A stretch of DNA of 64,000 nt, taken from NCBI GenBank assembly GCA_021802825.1, contig JAJZRG010000003.1, positions 22,643-86,642 of the forward strand. Reading direction: 5' to 3'. The notes beneath the pieces are model-generated. The model worked only from the letters and a program-made list of their open reading frames with translations, was not told where the DNA came from and did not search any database. Positions 57,979 to 64,000 of the stretch are shown here, piece by piece. The DNA comes from Chloroflexota bacterium. Its GTDB lineage: Bacteria > Chloroflexota > Limnocylindria > Limnocylindrales > CSP1-4. Numbering within the stretch: the stretch's first letter is position 1; every line of letters starts with the position of its first letter. The translations under genes and the position numbers were made by a program.

Positions 57979-59427
57979 ATGGCCACGACTGCACTCCCCG
58001 GGGCCGGCGCCTCGCGCCGCCGCGCGTTCTTCGGGCTGTTCGATGCCGACGGCTGGGCCTGGGCCGGCGCCAAGGCGGTCTTCTGGTTCGTCGTCATCAT
58101 CACGATGCTCGGCTACATCCCGGACCGCGCGTACTACTTCACGGTTGGCAAGACGGTCGAGGTCTGGCCCCTCGCCCCGTTCCTCGAGTGGTCGCCCGTC
58201 AACCTGTGTCCCGCGGAGAACCAGACCTTGCCGTGCCCGGCGCCGGCCGGTGCCGTCCTGCCCTGGCAGCCGAACCCGCCCCAGGTCCAGCTGCCGCAGG
58301 CCCGCACTGACGGTGCCGCCGCGGTGATCGGCACGACGTACCTGTACGTCGGCGGCACCGACGGCACCGCCCCCAAGGCGGACGTCTTCATCTCGCACCC
58401 GGTTCAGAACGGCCTCCTGGGCCTCTGGAACCAGGGCCCGGCACTGCCGGAGGCCCGCTCCAGCGCGGCCTCGGTCGTCATGGGCAACACGCTCTATGTC
58501 ATCGGCGGCTACGGCCCGGACGGCAAGCCGACGAACACCACGTACAGCCTCACGGTCAACCCCGACGGCGCGCTGGGCCAGTGGGCCACCGAGGCCAACC
58601 TGGCCCTGCCGGCGCCGCGCGCCGGCGCCGCTGCCGTGGCCCTCTCTGACGGGATCGCCGTTCTGGGTGGCACCGACGGGACGGCCGCGCAGCGCGATGT
58701 GTGGAAGTCGCAGACGGACGCATCGGGCAAGCTCCAGGCCTGGGTGGCGCAGAGCCCGCTCGCGCTCCCCAGCGCCGGCGCGTTCCCCGCGCACGTGGGC
58801 GACGTCATCTACCTCATCGGCGGCGTGGACGCCACGGGCGCCGCCGTTGCCACGGTCCAGCTCGGCAAGGTCGGCGGGCCTAACGCCACGGCCAAGGACC
58901 CCAACGTCCTCCAGGCATGGCTCTACAGCGCGCAGACCAACCTGCCCGGGCCGCGAAGCCACCTCGCCGGCTTCGTCTCCAACGGCACCATCTACGTCGT
59001 CGGTGGCTCGGACGGGACGCGTCCGCGCTCCGAGATGTTGTGGGCGATCCCGGATCCCAATGGCAACATCCCGGCCTGGAACCACATGCCCCAGACCGAT
59101 CTCGGTCTGGGCGTCCAGGGTGCCGCCGGTGTGACGTCAGGGGCGAATGCGTTCCTGATCGGCGGCCAGACGGCAAGCGGCATCACCACTGGCGCGGCGC
59201 GGACGTACCTCGCCCCGCAGCAGCCGTTCTTCCAGCTCGGCCTGCTGGGCGCGACGCTGCCGGCCCTCAAGCTCGACGGAGAGATCGGTCAGCAGATCGG
59301 CTACCTGAACGCGGCCGGCGTGGGGACGGTAAACTTCGTGATCCTGCTCGCGATCGGCTGGGGCTTCGCCCACAAGGAGAAGGTCCGGGCCATGGTCTCG
59401 CGTCGCCGGCGGAACGCCGAGCCGTAG
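57979..59427 (+). CDS. Kelch-repeat beta-propeller protein with N- and C-terminal TM anchors
   Basis: Starts 4 nt after the upstream stop. TM AVFWFVVIITMLGYI. About six Kelch-like blades (LYVGGTDG, LYVIGGYG, IAVLGGTDG, IYLIGGVD, IYVVGGSDG, AFLIGGQT). C-terminal TM VNFVILLAIGWGFA. Confidence 0.75.
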   Translation: MATTALPGAGASRRRAFFGLFDADGWAWAGAKAVFWFVVIITMLGYIPDRAYYFTVGKTVEVWPLAPFLEWSPVNLCPAENQTLPCPAPAGAVLPWQPNPPQVQLPQARTDGAAAVIGTTYLYVGGTDGTAPKADVFISHPVQNGLLGLWNQGPALPEARSSAASVVMGNTLYVIGGYGPDGKPTNTTYSLTVNPDGALGQWATEANLALPAPRAGAAAVALSDGIAVLGGTDGTAAQRDVWKSQTDASGKLQAWVAQSPLALPSAGAFPAHVGDVIYLIGGVDATGAAVATVQLGKVGGPNATAKDPNVLQAWLYSAQTNLPGPRSHLAGFVSNGTIYVVGGSDGTRPRSEMLWAIPDPNGNIPAWNHMPQTDLGLGVQGAAGVTSGANAFLIGGQTASGITTGAARTYLAPQQPFFQLGLLGATLPALKLDGEIGQQIGYLNAAGVGTVNFVILLAIGWGFAHKEKVRAMVSRRRRNAEP

Positions 59428-59454
59428 GGCCGCCCTCCACACGCCCCGCACCTA

Positions 59455-59486
59455 AGAACGGCCGCCGGTCACCCGTCGGCCGTTCT
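59455..59486. terminator. Bidirectional terminator-like hairpin
   Basis: AGAACGGCCG-12 nt-CGGCCGTTCT, a perfect 10-bp stem between the convergent Kelch and rhodanese genes. Confidence 0.5.
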
Positions 59487-59515
59487 GCGCTTCGTCGGGC
59501 TGAGCCGGGGCCTCG

Positions 59516-59887
59516 TTAGTTGGCGGGGAGCTGGCCCTCGCCCGGCTCCAGCGGACCACGCTTGACCGGCAGCCCCAGGCGCTCCCAGCCGTCGATCCCG
59601 CCGGCCACGCTCCCGACATCCTCCCAGCCGTTCTGGAGCAGGTACGCGGTGGCGCCCGTGGAGCGGCTGCCGGAGGCGCAGATCAGCATGACCGGGCGGT
59701 CCCTGGGGATCTCGTCCAGGCGCACGCCGAGCTGTGACATCGGGATGAACAGGCAGCCCTCGACACGCACGGCCATGAACTCGTCGCGCTCTCGGATGTC
59801 CACGAGGAGAGCGGGGCGGACGGGGTCGCGGCGTCGGATATCGGCATAGAGCGGGTCGAGAGCGGGGATCGCCTGGGGTCGGTTCAT
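59516..59887 (-). CDS. Single-domain rhodanese sulfurtransferase
   Basis: Active-site loop ICASGSRS. C-terminal GGIDGWE. Confidence 0.85.
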   Translation of the reverse strand: MNRPQAIPALDPLYADIRRRDPVRPALLVDIRERDEFMAVRVEGCLFIPMSQLGVRLDEIPRDRPVMLICASGSRSTGATAYLLQNGWEDVGSVAGGIDGWERLGLPVKRGPLEPGEGQLPAN

Positions 59888-60013
59888 GGTGGGCGAGGGT
59901 CCTCAGCGAGATGGGCAGGGGGCGCCGCGGGGCGGGGCCGAGTGTACCGGCCGCGGCCGGGGGGCCTGCCGGGCCAGCCCGCGAGGCGTGTCTCCGATGG
60001 TCGTGGCAATGGG

Positions 60014-60448
60014 TCAAGTCAGCTCGTCGATCGGGCGACGCCCGGCGAAGCCCTCGTCGCTGGCGTGCCAGGCCACTACCGAGGCTTCACCCAGCCGCCA
60101 GCACAGCCAGATGGGCTGGCCGTCCGCCTCGGCCGGGAAGTCGATCAGGCCAGTTGCGATGTCGCGCAGCGCCAAGTCGCGCTCGTCCAGCCAGGCGGCG
60201 TCTGCCTGCATCTGGTCGATGACGCCGCGAAGGCGCAGGCGCGTGAGCTCCCGCGCTGCCCTCGCGTCGAGGCCGGTCTCGCGCTGGCGGCCCGACTCGG
60301 CTGTCTCGCGCTGCGGTACACCTTCGTGCCGTCGATACGCATCACGGAGGGCGATGACCTCCTCTCGAAGATCTTGCAGTCGCTGGACGACGACGGTGAT
60401 CTCGGGCAGGATGGTGTCGGCGTCTCGGAGTGAGTAGATGCGGGACAC
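60014..60448 (-). CDS. DUF2203-like protein
   Basis: The GTG start gives VSRIYSLRDADTILPEITVVVQRLQDL. C-terminal LIDFPAEADGQPIWLCWRLGE pattern. Confidence 0.55.
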   Translation of the reverse strand: MSRIYSLRDADTILPEITVVVQRLQDLREEVIALRDAYRRHEGVPQRETAESGRQRETGLDARAARELTRLRLRGVIDQMQADAAWLDERDLALRDIATGLIDFPAEADGQPIWLCWRLGEASVVAWHASDEGFAGRRPIDELT

Positions 60449-60552
60449 GGTGCGAATTGTAGTCGCGCTGACCGCCACACCTCCCCGGCGACCTCGGGCG
60501 TGCCTGCTGCCAGTGGTCCGAAGGACCACCCCGGGTATGGCCCCAAGGAGCC

Positions 60553-62535
60553 ATGGACGCCGCCCCGCTTGACGGCGACCCTCACTCCATGAAGGAGGAG
60601 CCCCCGCCCGTGTCGGTTCTGCGCGCCGTCCCCGCCGCCCCGCCCATTCCCGATCGCGCCGGTGCACCGGTCTGGCGCCCGAGACGTCGCCTCCCCGCTC
60701 TGGTGGGACTCCTGGCCACCATGCTGGTCCTGATGTCCTTCACGAGCTACGCGTTCCCGCGTGTCGCCGACGCCTCGTCCACGCTCGCGCCCCTGTGCGC
60801 CGGCGTCAACCTCCGCACCAGCGCCTCGGCCACGGCGACGCTCAAGGTCCGGCTGGGCACGAGCGCGCGCGTCACGGCGGTGGCAACCGTCAGCGGCGGC
60901 CGCTGGAGCACGTACTGCGCGGGCGTGTCGAAGTCGGGCTCGACGTGGTTCCGCATCAGCGCGATCGGCGGCAAGTCGGTCAAGTCGCTCTACGGGGTCT
61001 CGTACCTCTACGGCGCCACGAGCCTGTTCAAGACCGTTGCGACCGCAACCACGCTGTACCCGGCGGTGGTGACCTCGTCCACGCTCGCGCCCCTGTGCGC
61101 CGGCGTCAACCTCCGCACCAGCGCCTCGGCCACGGCGACGCTCAAGGTCCGGCTGGGCACGAGCGCGCGCGTCACGGCGGTGGCAACCGTCAGCGGCGGC
61201 CGCTGGAGCACGTACTGCGCGGGCGTGTCGAAGTCGGGCTCGACGTGGTTCCGCATCAGCGCGATCGGCGGCAAGTCGGTCAAGTCGCTCTACGGGGTCT
61301 CGTACCTCTACGGCGCCACGAGCCTGTTCAAGACCGTGATTGTGCCCACCACGCTCTACGCGGCCTGCAGCAGCACCTTGCTCCGGGCCAGCCCATCGAC
61401 GACGGCCTCCATCAAGGCCAGCCTGCCGCAGGGTGCGACGCTGGTCGTGTACGGAACCGTAACGGGTTCATCGTGGTCGGTCGCTTGCCCAACGAGCACC
61501 AGTGGCACGGCCTGGTACCGAGTGACCAGCGTGAACGGCAAGACAGTCTCCTCTTTGTACGGCGTCAGCTACGTCTACGTTGCCACGGGCACGATGACTT
61601 CCACGATGCCTGCGGTCGCCCCGTCGCCGACCCCGGTCCCGAGTGTCACGGCCGCGCCCAGCATCGCCGCGTCCACCGATCCCAGCGCGTCTCCGACTGC
61701 GACCCCGAAACCCACCCCGACGCCAACCCCGACGATGACGCCCATCCCCATCGGCACGCCGCCGCCGGTGCAGGCGAATGCCTGCTTCCCGCCGCCCTCG
61801 CCGACGCCCACGCCGGTCCCGACGCCCACTCCGACGCCCAATCCCAGCGCGTCGCCGACGCCGACCCCCGTACCCACGCCCGCGCCCACAGCCACACCCT
61901 GGAACTGCGTCGCCGGCGTTGACGTGAGCAACTGGCAGGGGACCATCGACTGGGGCAAGGTGGCCGGTTCGGGTGTCAAGTTCGCCTTCGTCAAGGCCAC
62001 CGAGGGAGGCAACTACACCGACCCCTACTACGTCACGAACCGCTTCAATGCGAACGCGAACGGGATCGTGATCGGTGCCTACGACTTCGCGCAGCCCAGC
62101 ACGACTGCTGGCCAGGCTGAGGCCGAGGCCGACTACTTCGTCAACGTGGCCCAGCCGCGGTCCGGCGACTTCGCGCCGGTGCTCGATCTCGAGAGAACGA
62201 ACGGCCTGTCGGTTGCGAACCTGCAGCTGTGGGTCAAGAAGTGGATGTACCGCGTATACGAGCGGACGGGCCAACGGGCGTCGATCTACGTCTCGCCGTC
62301 GTTCTGGAGCACCTATATGGGCAACACGACCTGGTTCGACCTGAACGGGTTCCGGACGCTGTGGATCGCGCACTGGACATCGGGCACGTCGCCGACGGTG
62401 CCCGCCACGAACTGGGGCGGTTACACTTGGACCTTCTGGCAGTGGACGAGCTCGGGCACCGTGCCGGGGATCAGTGGCCGCGTGGACATGGACCGCTTCC
62501 ACTACGCAGACCTGACACCGTACCGAATCCCGTAG
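60553..62535 (+). CDS. Secreted SH3b x3 + Pro/Thr linker + GH25 muramidase (lysozyme)
   Basis: AAGGAG before the ATG. TM/signal LVGLLATMLVLMSF. Two identical and one diverged SH3b-like repeats. PTPTP linker. GH25 core GVDVSNWQGTIDWGKVAGSGVKFAFVKATEG...DFAPVLDLE...WTFWQWTS. Confidence 0.8.
   Translation: MDAAPLDGDPHSMKEEPPPVSVLRAVPAAPPIPDRAGAPVWRPRRRLPALVGLLATMLVLMSFTSYAFPRVADASSTLAPLCAGVNLRTSASATATLKVRLGTSARVTAVATVSGGRWSTYCAGVSKSGSTWFRISAIGGKSVKSLYGVSYLYGATSLFKTVATATTLYPAVVTSSTLAPLCAGVNLRTSASATATLKVRLGTSARVTAVATVSGGRWSTYCAGVSKSGSTWFRISAIGGKSVKSLYGVSYLYGATSLFKTVIVPTTLYAACSSTLLRASPSTTASIKASLPQGATLVVYGTVTGSSWSVACPTSTSGTAWYRVTSVNGKTVSSLYGVSYVYVATGTMTSTMPAVAPSPTPVPSVTAAPSIAASTDPSASPTATPKPTPTPTPTMTPIPIGTPPPVQANACFPPPSPTPTPVPTPTPTPNPSASPTPTPVPTPAPTATPWNCVAGVDVSNWQGTIDWGKVAGSGVKFAFVKATEGGNYTDPYYVTNRFNANANGIVIGAYDFAQPSTTAGQAEAEADYFVNVAQPRSGDFAPVLDLERTNGLSVANLQLWVKKWMYRVYERTGQRASIYVSPSFWSTYMGNTTWFDLNGFRTLWIAHWTSGTSPTVPATNWGGYTWTFWQWTSSGTVPGISGRVDMDRFHYADLTPYRIP
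60773..61337 (+). repeat. Perfect 265-bp direct repeat with 300-bp period inside the muramidase gene
   Basis: 60773..61037 is base-for-base identical to 61073..61337. The 35-bp linkers between the copies differ. Confidence 0.95.
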
Positions 62536-62753
62536 GGGAGCCCGCGTCCGCTGAGTGGACGGGCTTGCCGATCACCTAGACTCTGGCGCGATGGACCCCG
62601 GCGGCCCGCTGACCACCGCGCCAGAGCACCAGCACTCGCGTCGATCCCCGGATCGCCACGCCATCGTTGACCTCGTCCGATCCTCGGTCGTGGGCGACGA
62701 CGAGGGCTTCGAATCGCTCCGCTGGTTCCTGCTCCCCGAGGAGGTCGCGTCCC

Positions 62754-64000
62754 GTGGCTGATCCCGTCCGCGCCGTGCTGGGCCTCGACATCGGGACCAC
62801 GGAGGCGAAGGCGGTCTGCCTGGGGCTCGACGGCCGCGTGCTGGGCATCGGGCGCGCCGGGTATGCCCTGGAGATCGGGCCCGACGGGCGGGCCGAGCAG
62901 GATCCGGGCGACTGGTGGTCGGCCCTCTCGGCGGCGGTGCGCCAGCTGGACCTGGCGGGCGTCGAGGTGCTGGCAATCTGCGGGGTGACGCAGGGGCCCA
63001 CGCTGGTGGCCACCGACGATGCGGGCGTCCCCGTCCGGCCCGCGATCACATGGCAGGACCGACGGCCCGGCGACACCGGCTTCGGGCTGCTGCCGCGCAT
63101 GGCGTGGCTGGCGCGCGAGGACTCGGCCGCTGTCCTGCGGGCGGTCTGGCTGCTGCCGGCGTGGGATGCCCTGGGGCTGTGGCTGACCGGCGAGGCGGCC
63201 ACGTCGCTCCAGGCCCACGAGACCACGCCGGATCCGGTGGCTCTCGCGGCGGCAGGGATCATGCCCACGCAAGTCCCACCGCCGCGGCCCGTGGGGGCGC
63301 CGCTGGGCAGGCTTCGGTCGATGGCCGCCTCGGTCCTGGGCTTGCGCGCCGGAACTCCGGTCGTCTGCGGCGTGAACGACGGGGCGGCGTCCATGCTCGG
63401 TGCGGGCCTGCTCGAGCCGGGCGACGCGGTGGACACCGGCGGAACGTCGGGCGGCTTGGCGATCTACGCCGACCGAGCCGTCCGCGTGGAGGGGCTGTAC
63501 TGCGCGCCAGCGCCGCTGCCGGGTCGCTGGGCGGTGGGCGGGGCGATGGCCGCGCTGGGCGCGTCGGTGGACTGGCTGCGGACCTCGCTGCTGGGCGGCC
63601 GATGGACACTCGAGGACCTGTTCGCTGAGGCGTCTGCGGTCCCCGCCGGGGCCGACGGGCTGGTCTTCCTGCCGTACCTGGCGGGGGAGCGGGCGCCGGT
63701 GTTCGACGAGGGCGCGCGCGGGGCCTTTGCCGGGCTGACGCTGGCCCACGGCCGAGGGCACCTCATGCGGGCCGTGCTCGAGGGGGCCGCGTACTCGATG
63801 CGCCACGTGGCCGAGCCGCTCGCCGCCGCGGGGGCCCCGATGACGTCGCTGCGGCTCGCGGGCCGCCCCACGCCGGGCGACCTGTGGGGCCGGATCAAGG
63901 CCGACGTGCTGGGCGTGCCGGTCATGGTGCCCACAGTTGGCGAGACGGCCGTCGTGGGCGCGGCGATCCTTGCGGCGGCTGGCGTTGGCGCCGTGGCGGG
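62754..64000 (+). CDS. FGGY-family carbohydrate kinase (3'-truncated by window end)
   Basis: Not in the ORF track because no stop is reached. The GTG at 62754 (GAGGAGG upstream) gives VADPVRAVLGLDIGTTEAKAV. Later GVNDGAASMLGAG and KADVLGVPVMVP. The frame stays open to 64000. Confidence 0.75.
   Translation, partial: MADPVRAVLGLDIGTTEAKAVCLGLDGRVLGIGRAGYALEIGPDGRAEQDPGDWWSALSAAVRQLDLAGVEVLAICGVTQGPTLVATDDAGVPVRPAITWQDRRPGDTGFGLLPRMAWLAREDSAAVLRAVWLLPAWDALGLWLTGEAATSLQAHETTPDPVALAAAGIMPTQVPPPRPVGAPLGRLRSMAASVLGLRAGTPVVCGVNDGAASMLGAGLLEPGDAVDTGGTSGGLAIYADRAVRVEGLYCAPAPLPGRWAVGGAMAALGASVDWLRTSLLGGRWTLEDLFAEASAVPAGADGLVFLPYLAGERAPVFDEGARGAFAGLTLAHGRGHLMRAVLEGAAYSMRHVAEPLAAAGAPMTSLRLAGRPTPGDLWGRIKADVLGVPVMVPTVGETAVVGAAILAAAGVGAVA

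Noticed and set aside
60773-61337. CRISPR-like or other non-coding repeat array.
   Set aside because: There are only two long (265-bp) copies. They are in frame inside a coding sequence and encode an SH3b-like domain. There is no short repeat-spacer structure and there are no cas genes.
60553-62535. Prophage endolysin or a prophage region around the GH25 muramidase.
   Set aside because: The protein has its own N-terminal signal/TM anchor. There are no holin, capsid, tail, terminase or integrase genes nearby. The flanking genes are ordinary chromosomal ones.
62555-62761. 68-aa ORF between the muramidase and the second FGGY kinase.
   Set aside because: No motif and a weak coding signature. 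It overlaps the kinase start and its GAGGAGG ribosome-binding site.

Overview
This is a very GC-rich (about 70% or more) window that looks like core bacterial chromosome, in the style of Actinomycetota (Thermoleophilia/Rubrobacteria-like) or Chloroflexota. I can support about 57 protein genes and one tRNA-Arg(TCG). I recognised no rRNA, CRISPR array, transposase, integrase or phage structural genes. Many of the long ORFs in the track are antisense shadow ORFs typical of high-GC DNA, and I rejected them.

Main content, left to right:
- An orphan DPPY DNA methyltransferase, divergent from a 1076-aa LAL/MalT-type LuxR regulator.
- A cupredoxin lipoprotein and an AlaX editing protein.
- The three-gene transhydrogenase pntAA-pntAB-pntB.
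- A cytosolic GAF-PAS histidine kinase with a pseudo-receiver LuxR regulator.
- A roughly 10-kb divergent sugar-utilisation locus. One arm has DeoR, two ABC permeases, a binding protein and a mutarotase-like protein. The other arm has a DhnA-type class I aldolase, an FGGY kinase, a FucI/AraA-like isomerase, an archaeal-type TIM and YjbQ.
- A MetC-like lyase and citrate synthase.
- An ECF sigma/anti-sigma pair, a non-Pyl MttB methyltransferase and two GGDEF proteins (one is a 960-aa HTH-GAF-GGDEF).
- An M23 peptidase, an HD dNTPase, a CAP-domain protein and a WYL regulator.
- Bcp and a PIG-L deacetylase.
- A tight operon encoding a b6-type Rieske/cytochrome b complex. It is preceded by a GltD/NfnB-like flavo-FeS protein and followed by a cytochrome c-cupredoxin fusion and a Kelch membrane protein.
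- A rhodanese, a DUF2203 protein, an SH3b-SH3b-SH3b-GH25 muramidase and a second, 3'-truncated FGGY kinase.

The candidate I rate highest for novelty is the NfnB-like + split cytochrome b6 + Rieske + cytochrome c-cupredoxin + Kelch module at 52.9-59.4 kb.

Other points worth a second look:
- The non-orthologous fucose-like sugar pathway.
- A perfect 265-bp tandem duplication inside the muramidase gene.
- Two tandem consensus DnaA boxes far from any dnaA gene.
- A repeat-rich leader upstream of the MetC-like gene.
- Two unusually long convergent intergenic regions.

All functional calls rest on reading motifs in the translated ORFs. No database search was possible.
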